From contig NMRA01000309.1 of the NCBI GenBank assembly GCA_002633005.1, positions 214,511 to 278,510 on the forward strand: DNA of 64,000 nucleotides, written 5' to 3'. How positions within the stretch are numbered: the first letter of the stretch is position 1; each line of letters starts with the position of its first letter. Both the position numbers and the translations under genes were made by a program. The DNA is from Phoronis australis (taxonomy: Eukaryota; Animalia; Phoronida). Shown here piece after piece: positions 28,201 to 39,858 of this stretch. The notes beneath the pieces were generated by a model. The model was not told the origin of the DNA. It did not search any database and saw nothing but the letters and a program-made list of their open reading frames with translations.

Positions 28201-31200
28201 TTGCAGATGGTAAGCAAAACAAGACCAAAAGCAACCGATCAAGATCTTGTGATCTGCTCCTTACTTCGTCTGACAGTAGTGCATTTTTTAGAAACACAGA
28301 GGACAACACTGAGATGACACGTCGCAAAGAATTAAGTGAGGACGGTACCAAAAATTTGACTACAAGTAAATCAAGCGCCAGTAAAGTGGAACAATTTTCA
28401 CAGCAGCTTGACGTACTGAGTCAGTCCAAGAATGGTTCCACAAAAAGATCACGATCAGTAGAAAACATCTTCGAGTCCAAGGAAAAGTTTTTGTCCATGC
28501 CATTTTCAAAATCCTGTGAGAACATTCTTTTTGCAGATCAGGACACTTCAAATGAAGAAAATTCGTTAGTTAGTGCCCCTGATCCTTCAAACAATGTCAC
28601 AATTACGCCTGAAGACTCGGGGCAAAAAACCATTTCATTCGAAGACCTCCTTGAAGACATTCTAGACAAGTTAAGCTCAGCTGGTGATTTTGATGAAGAC
28701 ACAGACTTCGTGAAAAACGAGGACAAACGTAACTTAGAATATCCATTGCATACGGATAATGAAACTGAAGCGATGGGCGCTGATCAGGAAAAAACTCTTG
28801 AAGGGGAACGTACGCTCGAACAACCAACAGAAGTGGCCTTGTCAGATGAAGAGTTGATAAGACATGTGCAACCTGCCATGATTTCTCACGATGACGAACA
28901 TATGAAGCCACTAGAAACACTGTCTGCAGATACAGGTACAACTGACGATTTTGGCATGTCTTGGAAAGAAATCGTGAAATTTCAAAATGGTGATCACGAA
29001 GACAAAGCAGGGACAAATGAATCTATTATGGATGCGTCTGAACAAGAAGCTCCGTTTCCTGAGTCGGTGTTGGTAGAGAAAACCGATGATGTGCTAGAAT
29101 CGAACAAAACTGGGTTAGCATCCCCGTCTACCGAACATGTTGAAGTACCGGAGATGGTAAAACTTGTAGACGTTGACGAAACAGTCCAACCTCAGTCTCT
29201 GGCCTTGGAAAACGATAGCTTACTTGATGACGACGCAGCAGCAGATGGGGTGCTAGAAAAGATGGACACTGAACTCAATTCTGCTTCAGTTGATAAACTA
29301 CACCGCGATGAGCTGTCGGATACCTGCACTGGAAAATTGACATCCGAAGGAGCTTGTGAAGACATAACGAAGCTAATCACAAAATCAAATGAAGGACATT
29401 CTGGTTTGTATAGCGAAGAGGTAATAGAAACCCACCTTGAAGTAAAGACTGTGAGAGAACAATTGCTTACTGATGTCCCTGATGAAAGAGGTAACATATG
29501 TAAAGACAGTCGCCCTCCCTTACAATCTAATGACACAGACGATTGCCATCAGTTTGCAGCTTTGACGAATAAACAAATAACACCAATAGAGAGCCTGTCT
29601 AAGAACGCTGAAGAGCGTGCCGTTGAAGTAGTTTCTGTTCCCGAGACGACTTCTTTGGACGTTGATACAAGTAAAGAGGAAGAGTGTTCACGTGCGGAAG
29701 GATTTTTAGAAACACAGAAGGCGGAAAGTGCAAAAAGCATTGCTGATCAAACAAGAGTTATCGAAGCCGTCGATGAGACAATGACACTGTCTGCTAAAAC
29801 AGATGCAACAAATACATCTGAAAATAAGCTGAAAATAATAAGCGATGATTATTTGCAAGACTCATTAGACGTACTAAAACAAGAACAAACAGTAGATTCA
29901 GTCTGCTGTGACTCTCAGCAGAATGAAGATCTTACAAAGATGGGAGAATTTATGGGTGAGGATGAGCACATTGGGCTAGATTCCTCTGAGATTTTGGAGA
30001 ATCGTACGTTAACTGAGGACATTCTGGAAACTGGTATTGGTATTGGTATTGCTATGCTCCCGAATGAATTAACACAACAAGAAGGTATCGAAGAAGTACA
30101 TGGACATCAAATAGAGGAGACAAAGGAAGAGATTATAGAAATTGAAACACAATACAGCTCTCTGCATCAACACGAAACAGAAAGAGGTTCAGGCAAGCAG
30201 GCAGCTTCCTCTGAATCCGAGGATACGTCCTCAGCGTCTGACGATCAGTTTGGATTGACATGGAATGAGATTATTGAGAGACAGGAGCGAAAGCGCAAAT
30301 CAAAACTCGCAGACAAAATTGTAAATAATGAGGCTGAAACAGAAAAGTTTCAAGAAACTGCGCCAACAGCTATGATTACAGAAATTACCCCTGAAACTAA
30401 AGACTGTATGATTATTAAACAGGAATCTGCCTCTGTGCTTTCAATGACCATAAAATCCAATGACGTTGAGGCAAATGACAGAAACCAGAATTTTGGTTTG
30501 CCTGACAAGATAACTGATATTCCCTTCAACCAAGCAGTTGATCAAACTATAATTAGCGACCTCAATGAAAAAATATCTTTTCCTACCGATGGTACTTCAG
30601 CTGAAATGTTGGCAGATAACGAAAATTGTCCAGTTATTATTCGGGATCGTCATGGTCTCGCTAAAAAGATGAAAGGAGATCAATATGACACTCAGATTGA
30701 TAAACCCGGTGCTATTGAAACACTTTTAAGCTACAGCCACGTTGAAAAGAAAAAGAAAGATCGTGTTGAGGAAAAACAGGTCTCCGATCAAAAGTTAGAA
30801 AGGCCCAGAGACGCTGCTGAAAGTATGGAATCTGTCAACGACGAAAAGAAACAAAAGCGTCTCACAGGGTGGAGAGCAGCGTTTACCACCGACGAACTAC
30901 AAGTGCCCGAAAGGAAACGTTCAGTAGATGAAAATAAAGTTTTTGAAGATGAGCCTGTTGCTCCAGACAGAGAGACTCGCCGCCGACAACTTCGACGAAG
31001 TGAACGTCTGTCTAGCGAAATCAAAAGTGATCTAACTGAAGACCAAGAAATGGGAAAAAGGGGGAGAAGAAGGTCAAGAGAAGTTTTGAGTGTAGAGGAT
31101 GACGAACCGTCGGTATCCAGACGATACAGGTCAATGGAAGAAATTTCAGAGAAAAAGGATAAACTTGAAAAAGCAGCATCCCATACAGATGTTTCCTCTA

Positions 31201-34200
31201 AACGACATCGGTCTTGGCGAAGCTCGCTTAGTGAGGAAAATAAATCGAGTACAGAGACCACCTCGTCTCGCAGACGTTCTTCCCAAAGGAGTCAGGATAT
31301 TCCTGAAGAATCTGAGAGAGGTCAGTTGGAAAAGATACAGAATGCACCAAAAGAAGATGGTCGGGGGTTGAGTTGGAGAAGTGTATTAAACGAAGAGTGC
31401 CCTGAGAACAGATTTAAGTCTGCATCACACGAACTTCTAACAGTAAGAGGAGAACCCCTTGTTAAATCCAAATCCCAAGAAGTCCTTGAAACTCCCCGAA
31501 AAACGTGGCGTGACAGACTACGTGAACAAGAGGAACTAGAAGAAAAGGTAATCGACGATAAAACCACAAAAACCGCTCAAACAAGAGAAACAAAGGAGAA
31601 TACAAGGAAACTAACTAGAGAAGAACGCATTGCCAAGCTGCGTGAAGAAATGCTTTATGGAAAGAAAAGGGGATTACAGGAAACCAAAGACAATCGCTCG
31701 CAAGAAAATTCCCAACAGAAAGTCGAACAACATGCTACTGAGCCCAAGGCGAGTTTAAAAGACAGATTTCTTGGAAACGTGGCTGCCCAGCAAGAACGTA
31801 AAGAAAAGAGGGAAAATAAAGAAGAGAAGCGGCGTTTGGCGTCTCTTCATTCATCTAAAGCCGTTGATCTCGTGGTTAAGGAGCGCGAGGAGAAAGCTAA
31901 GATTCTTCATGAAAAAGAGGCTCAAGAAAAGGCTCAGAACGAGAGAAGGCACCAAGAAGAACGGAAAAGGGAAAAATTGCGAAAGAAAGAAGAAGAAGAA
32001 AGGAAACAACGGGATGAGGAAAAAAGAAAGGCACAAGAAGCTAAACAACGCCTACCGTATTTCGGTTGGAGGCAGGCTGTGTATGGAGAAGAAGCTCAAG
32101 AATACAAAGGTGTTTCAAAAACAGAAGTGAAACAGTCCGAACAAAGCATTTCCGAGAAAGCCAACGATGAAAAGGCTAATAAAGCTCGCGCTAGAAGGGA
32201 GTTGTTAGAAGATCGAATAAAACGCATACAAGACGACGCTCAACGAAAGCTACAAAAAGTTCACACTAAAGTCCATCCAATGGATCTGGAGAAAATACAC
32301 AAACAGAAGCATGGTTTGTCTACACAGGCTGCGAAATTTCAAAACGATGGAGAAATTAAACAAAGTCCCTTCATAAAACGCTTTGAAGAAATTGATGATC
32401 ATCTGGAAACAGCGGTACCAAAACAAAATCGGATCAACAATAGAAAGGAAATACAAACAAAGCAGCAAGAGCAGCAGGAACCTTCAAAGAGATCTAAGGT
32501 CGCAGAAAGAATTCGTGCTGAACAACTTAAGCAACAAGCTCTTCGCGAGCAACAAAAGCTTGAGGAAGAAAAAAGACAGAAAATGAAGGAAGACCAAGAA
32601 CGAAAAAGAAAACAGTGGAATAGGGAGTCAGATCCCTTGCCAAGACAGAGCCAATATATACGAGAAGATGAAATCATTGATGAAGATGCTGCTGATGATC
32701 AAACTTCGTCTGTGAATAGAAATGACAGGAGAAAAACAAAACAGACAGAAGCTCCCGAAGAACCAGCTGTACCAAAAAAGACACGATCGCAGAGGATAAT
32801 TGAACAACAGAAGGAAGCTGCTGCAGTTGCTGCTGCTGTGGAAAAACAAAAGAGAAGAGACCAGATTGCTCAGCGAGCTCGTAAATTTCAACAAACTGAA
32901 GAATTACTTCCAAAGCAAAGTTCTTACAAAAGAAATGACAATAGTTTTCTACTTGATGACAGTATTCCAGACGAGCACCTTACATGGAGTCAGCGCCAAG
33001 AAAGGAAAAAAGCAAAAAAGATTAAAGAGGATCAAAAACTACTTGAACAACAGCACCAGATACCGCAACAAAAAGGACACCAGACATCACCTGAAGAACC
33101 TAAGCCAAGGATAACCGACAGGTATGTTTCAAACAGGCGAAAGGAACAACAGAGGGAAACGGTCGCTGACCAATCTCAGACAAAACGCCAAGGAAAAACA
33201 GATTCAGGAATTTTTGAAGAAACCTCGCCTTCGTCTCCCTTAAGTCAACGAAAACAATTTAAAACTAGGTACAAAGCGGATGGGTCCCCTTGTTTGCCAC
33301 AAAGCAACAATGTTCTTCAGCTCTTACGGCCAACAAGTATGACGGATTCGCAATGGTCACTGTATTCGAATGAGTCGGGAGCAGACTCTATGGTTACTGA
33401 AGACAGCTATGATATTCGCGATAGGTCCGGACGGCGGATTCCGCGTGCACACTCAATGGACTCCATTGCGTCTTCGGTTCAGTCAACTCCTTTCGGTCTT
33501 CGTGATGTCATGCCGTATATGGAAAACTATGAGCTAATGACTGAAACAGATGACGACGAGATAATGATGCGATTCAATCAAATTGGCAGGGAACGCCACA
33601 ACAGTATCGGAGGGTCATCAACGTGCAGCCGTCGTAGCCAAGGACCAATCTTCCACAGCACAGTGCAGGACATTGACCACCTCCTCGACATGGGCGACCT
33701 CGACTGGAACGATTCTGATTTTAGCGATTCGGAACGAAGTGACTGGGAACCGGAGAACCGTCGAAAGTCTCAATCGCTGCCTCTAAGCAAGACTAGGTCG
33801 CCTTTTAATACCTTTCCGAGGTGTCGCGGAAGAACGCTTCCACCTGGTGCCATATATCACACGTCTTGTCGTGATATCGATGACCTTCTCGGCGTTACAC
33901 CCAGACTTAAGCTGGCTACGAATAAGCGAAGTCAATATCTTGACAAGAGCTCCTCGGCCATCAATCTCTATCACTTATCCACAGTTGACGAAGAACAACA
34001 TTTGCTTGACTCACCAGTGCCCAAAACTCCCGATCCGGTGTTAAAGCCGTCGAAGCAATTCTCTTACCCAGGGGATCAGAGCCACACACAGTCAGATACC
34101 AACTTATCAATGACCGATAAATGCGTAAGACCTGCCCCGCCTTCGAAAAGTTTTTCAACTGGAAACCTGAATGACCTTGGAAATATCCTTGACAAGGCTG

Positions 34201-34514
34201 TTTCAATTCAGTCACAACGGCGCAAGCGAGACGCCTTTTTCGACATGATAGGTCATAAAAACAACAGAGTGGCGACTTCTGATTCTCTGGTTGATTTGGA
34301 AGAGCGTGGAAAAGGCATACAGCCTTGGCAGTCACAAGTTAAGCAGATCCTCTCTTGCAATGATGGGATAATTAATATCTGGGAGCTTATGGAGATTTGC
34401 AAAAAACCAATAGACCCTCGACCAGCTTACGATGAAGATGAATTTGACGATTACTTTGATGGGTACGGTACGCTGGACGAACTGATTGACAGCTTGGGAG
34501 TCGATTCGAGGAAG
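25263..34514 (+). CDS. FHOD: Giant 9252-nt exon (3084 codons) encoding a largely disordered S/E/K/R-rich region; probable alternative N-terminus of the FHOD formin
   Basis: Uninterrupted ORF with no ATG near its start, bounded by acceptor TTTGTTTCAG (AG 25261-25262) and consensus donor AAG|GTAAGT (GT 34515-34516), both phase 0. The phase is compatible with FHOD exon 2, giving ...LIDSLGVDSRK|LEDCALQLY... Coding status is near certain; the link to FHOD is inferred. Confidence 0.85.
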
Positions 34515-37500
34515 GTAAGTTGGGTTTTCGTGGGAAATAATAATGTCCATGTTTGAAATTAAAAAGTTGGTATCATTTCTTGCAATGTTTTCCGTACTGG
34601 ACAAGCACAACAGGCGTTTTGGTCAAGTTGTTTTTTTACTCCTGGGAAATTCGGTGGAAATGAGCGATTCATTACTTAAATCATTTTTTTTGCTCAAGCC
34701 ATTTAAACCAAGGAACAATCGCTACACGTTGTAGTTTTCTGTTTCCATTGACCTCATTTAAATTTCCTATAACGGAACTACAAAATCTGAAATACATAAT
34801 CTATTGGCTCAGTGTAAGATTTCCGTTCCATAGCTTCTAATGATATTAGTCAATGATAGTAGACTGTGTACTAGAAAATGCGGTTTCAACCACGATCTTT
34901 TACCTAGATAGGTATGGAAGCATTACAAAATTTTGTCGAAGGTGGTAAAATTTACACAACCGAGCGGACAAAAATGGAGGTCCTAATTAAAACCCCGAGA
35001 CTCACAGTATCATTCCTGGAAGAGTAGGCCTTACATCTTTCAATTCCTTTAAATGATTTTCTGAAGCAGCTCTTAAAATGCCCATTCATGCTAACTCCGC
35101 TATGAGTGGAACGTCGATGTAAACTGCGAAGTTAGTTCAACGGTTCTTACCGGTTTCGGTAGTTAACAGACATTGAAGTAAACGGTAGGTGACACTCTCG
35201 TCCAAGGAATCGCGATTACAATAAGACCTACAGATAATTTCTATGAGACCGAAGTTGACCACCCATACGGACCACAACTCACGAATCACCAACAACCCTG
35301 GTAGTCTTTGTGTGTTTGTAAATCTGCGCCCCCCCCCCCCCCTCTTTACTTTCAGAGGTTCTCCCTACAAAGTCTACAAAGTCATCTATTCGGAATCGTA
35401 CTGGTCTGTGGTTATTTCACTACTAGCCCCATACGCCCAACGTTTCTGTCTTTTGTCCGACTTTTCATCTTTTTTCTTTCTTTTCATCTTTTGCTCAACA
35501 ATGCAGCAGTGATTCAGAGGCACCACACCTCGATCCCCTATCTGCCCGTAAGTGGAAATGCTTACCCGAGTTGTTTACTACGCCTAGATCTATTAAATCC
35601 TAAAATGCTTATGAGAGACATTTTTCTCCTTCGGGGTGACGACCTTTGACAGCCGTTACTCCTATATATTGTGGGCTTAGATTTTGTTTCGATTTTACTT
35701 TGTTTTATTGTCAATAAGCTAGGTGGTCACGAGTCGTAACCAGAATCAAGCGGGATAGGTTGCGATTTGGTTCCCAGCCATGCAGCTTAGAACTCAATTG
35801 CATTCGTGTTATGTAGTATATGCAGATATTGAGCAAAGACAAGTTTAAGCAAACGGGTGGTACGTATGTACAGTGGGCTTGCTGACAAGATGGAAGCTGG
35901 TAGCAACACCCATGTAGATTTCCAAATATCAAAAAACAGCAGATCCTTGTGTATACGTTCATCGGTTCGCAATACGCCGGAAAGGTCGCGCCACCACATA
36001 GAGTGTACTGGTTGGACTTTTGCTCGCATCGCGCTTAACGCGAGAACTTTCCGCCTCTTGGCGGTAGGTTCTACAATTGTTAACTTTGTCATTTGATTTT
36101 GTATTAATTTTTAAGAGCTTTCGATTCAGACATTACAACCAATTTTCTGTATTCTCCAGATTTTTTTCTACTTAAATGTTGAAAACGGGTAGCCAAGACA
36201 ATAACAAGCAATGAAAAATCATACCTGAGTCAATAGCAAAAACAAACTTCTACCCTGGTCGCCGTAAAGCCAAATTACCTACCCAAGACGATACTGTAAG
36301 GCTAATTTATTTACTCACAAAAATGAAACATGAGAGGGACAAAACTGAACCCATCACACGGTTAACACCACGCCCCAGACAACCTTTCCAATGAGCAGTT
36401 ATTGGCACCAGTGTTGGCGATTAAAATGTAGACTACAGCTAGCTCTACTGTTATTAAACTGAGGTGAAATGCTTTCACCACTGAGCCTGGTTTTTCTCAA
36501 ATCAAGATACTGTTTTGTTGAAAATGAATCTGAAAGTATTGAACCAGACAATGTTGCTGCACCCCCCCCCCTCCCCACCAGAGGAGTATAAAAAGTTATG
36601 CAAGGCGAAATGCTCTTAGTCTATGCTCTAAAAGTTCAGAAATGAAAAGAAAAACTTTTTGCACGTGTTTTGATCGGACTGCCAAGGGGTGTTGATCATG
36701 AAAGCGAATCAAATCCTTAAGGAGTTTCCATAACATCAATCATCCGAAATGAGGACAGCTCGGACTCTTAATTAGACAAGTTAAATGCTTTCCAACGTGG
36801 CTACTTCGTGTCCGCTTGTTTATAGGGAGTCTAAAATAGACATTGATGAGTGCGTGGAGTGAAGTACGTATTGCAAAACTTATGCGGTGAGTGATTCAGT
36901 CGCTAATGGCGCTCGTATGTGTGTGGGTGATATTTTTAACGTGAATTCATATTTCGCAATGCGCCTATTTATTACCCGGTATTCTTTTGACCACTGAAAG
37001 TAAGCAGGTCTGTTTCTCAAAGTACAGTCAACGTATGATACACATTGTCAATAGCAATGAATTGGAATTTTTTCCCTAACTATTGAATTCGTTTTATCTT
37101 GAAAATAATTAATCTCGAGTTTAGGACAACCGGAGTGATTTTTGACGCAGAATTGACTTCTTGAGAAGCATGAACGCGCAAAATTGACATGTATTGCACA
37201 AATTTATCTCAGACAACACTTCAACATTTGTTTGGAGTCTTTTCTTCAAAAATATTGAATTTTCTTACGCGAAATTGTGTTTTTCTTTTGTTTTTATTTC
37301 GCAAAAATCAACGAGGCCGATGACCCTCGACTTCCCAGGTTGTTGAACCAGGTGACCTTCACGTACCACCATACTCACCAAACTGATTTTCCCGTCTTGT
37401 GATTTTAGAGTTCAGCTCAGCTAAACCTACTGATTTAAAAAAAGTGAATGTCCACCGGGGCTTGGCGGTACACTTTGAATTGCACAAGCTTTGGTGGTTT

Positions 37501-37714
37501 TGGTTTCTTTAGAGTAGAAGCCGAATTGTCAGTTACGGATAGGCGTTCATGGACTTTGTTGTTCAAGGAGTATACGACAGCCCAACCTCCACTCTCCCCG
37601 CCATATCCCCCCCACTTTGAGCCATCACTCGCCTTAGACTTGACAATAAGTGCAAAATGCTTCTATCACTCACGGGGGCTCACTTCTATACTCACAGGCG
37701 TAGTATTTTTTCTA

Positions 37715-38527
37715 TCTTTTTATCTTTATTACGAGCTCTTCTTTTACTAATGACAGTTTATAATAATATAACTGAAAATTGAGCCCTTAATTCAATAAAA
37801 ATAAGTAGGGACTTAGTCCTTAAATTAGGGGCCTTGCATGAAAAGATCCCTATTATTTTCAATAATATTGATAATTCAACGTAGAGTTTACTTTCGGTTC
37901 TGTATCAAAGTCAAAAATTGACTCAGTAATGAGACTCAAGCAGCATAAGAAAAGACAATCAGTACTTTCACAAGCCCACAAATACGGTGTAGATTTAGGG
38001 AACTTAGCTAAGTCCCTATTTGGGATTGTTTCATGCAACCGGCCACGGGAACCGACACGTTCCATTTTAGTTTCAGAAATTGTCCAAAGATGGTGCAATA
38101 GTTGCAGGCATTCTGAAAGCNTCTTTTTATCTTTATTACGAGCTCTTCTTTCACTAATGACAGTTTATAATAATATAACTGAAACTTGAGCCCTTAATTC
38201 AATAAAAATAAGTAGGGACTTAGTCCTTAAATTAGGGGCCTTGCATGAAAAGATCCTTATTATTTTCAATAATATTGATAATTCAACGTAGAGTTTACTT
38301 TCGGTTCTGTATCAAAGTCAAAAATTGACTCAGTAATGAGACTCAAGCAGCATAAGAAAAGACAATCAGTACTTTCACAAGCCCACAAATACGGTGTAGA
38401 TTTAGGGAACTTAGCTAAGTCCCTATTTGGGATTGTTTCATGCAACCGGCCACGGGAACCGACACGTTCCATTTTAGTTTCAGAAATTGTCCAAAGATGG
38501 TGCAATAGTTGCAGGCATTCTGAAAGC
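37715..38527. repeat. 406-bp tandem duplication split by a single N; probable assembly artefact
   Basis: 37715-38120 and 38122-38527 are near-identical (three substitutions noticed) and abut the N at 38121. Confidence 0.9.
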
Positions 38528-38625
38528 AGAAGTCAGGGGATAGTACAAACTTCATCAATCTTGTTTTATTAACTCTTGCAAATGGTGGGACTTGTTGCTG
38601 AGTCAATTGACATCTATGCCCATAA

Positions 38626-38880
38626 CAGTGGCGGATTTAGGGGGGAGCCAAGGGGGCCATGCCCCCCCTCTAAAATTCTCCCACATACCATTTGGCAGTA
38701 CATTGCATAAGCCTTGAACAAAGCCCGTTTACCGTTTTTTTTAGTAATAAGGTCCACAAACCCAAAAATTCGAGATCCCTGCATCCCGACATTTTACTGA
38801 GGCTGGGCGCGCGCATGTGGCGAAATTCTGGTCATTCCCGTGCTCTGCACCCCTAACTCAATATCCTGGATCCGCCCCTG
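38626..38880. mobile_element. MITE, CAG(T/G)GGCGGA-TIR family with 5-bp TSD, copy 2
   Basis: Ends are CAGTGGCGGAT and ATCCGCCCCTG, with TSD CATAA at 38621-38625 and 38881-38885. Homologous to 17711-17950. Confidence 0.9.
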
Positions 38881-39659
38881 CATAAGAGAGTGCTCAGTGG
38901 CTTAGTAATTTAGGTAGGTACCACTTTAAGGGGAGATCATAGTTCAAGAGTTTATGATGAAATTAGGCTTTTTGCTTTAACCGCCATGGTGAGATAAGCG
39001 TTTCGCGTAATGCCGACTACTGTCCTGGGCAACACCGAGGACGGGTGCTCATGGTGAGCTCAGCTGTAAAACGGTGACACTGAAACGTCAGGCATCCGAC
39101 AGGCAACACATGCAACGTCATTTCGCCCGTTATGTATAATTCAAGCTAATGGAACAACTTTTTGTGAGATTAACCTATCTGATCGCATAAGCCATCAATT
39201 AGTCTCCTGGTGGTTAGTCTACCTAGAACAATTGGGAAAAACACTGAGTGACAATTTCCGAAAAAAATCGAAACAATGGTTACACTCCGATTCACCCGAA
39301 CTGCCGAATAACGAGTTTATGTCGCCAGCCCCGTGTCAAGCGTGCATGCCCGTAGGAAGGTAAACAATAGGGACACCAACTAATTTGACTTTGTTAAAGG
39401 TTTGAGGTCCTGGTTGTGCCATATTTCAGATTCCTCGGCCATTTCTCCAGCAGTAGTTGATCAGACACTTGAGTGGGTACCCGTATTTCAACAAAATCAT
39501 CTTTAGACACGAAAAAATACGGACTTTGTGCGTTTAGGGTATAATTTTAACCATTCACGTACAAAAAAGATATAGCCATTGCCAGAATCACTCTTGAAAT
39601 AAATAGCGCGGGCTGCGAAATCTGGAGAAACACAAAGAGAAATGGCATCACCAGCTTGG

Positions 39660-39858
39660 AATTAAGTATAATAAGTTATAATTTTGGAGTGAAATTAAGT
39701 ATAATAAGTTATAATTTTGGAGTGAAATTAAGTATAATAAGTTATAATTTTGGAGTGAAATTAAGTATAAGTTATAATTTTGGAGTGAAATTAAGTATAA
39801 TAAATTACAATTTTGGAGTGAAATTAAGTATAATAAGTTATAATTTTGGAGTGAAATT
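39660..39858. repeat. AT-rich 33-bp minisatellite, about 6 copies
   Basis: Unit GGAGTGAAATTAAGTATAATAAGTTATAATTTT; one copy is 3 bp shorter and one is slightly diverged. Confidence 0.95.

Noticed and set aside
25233-34556. The 3107-aa ORF as a stand-alone intronless gene
   Set aside because: Its listed start is TTG in intron-like sequence, and strong in-phase splice sites bracket 25263-34514. The first 10 and last 13 listed residues are probably intronic.
25585-34610. Numerous antisense and alternate-frame ORFs overlapping the giant exon
   Set aside because: These are shadow ORFs expected from biased codon composition, with no recognisable domains.
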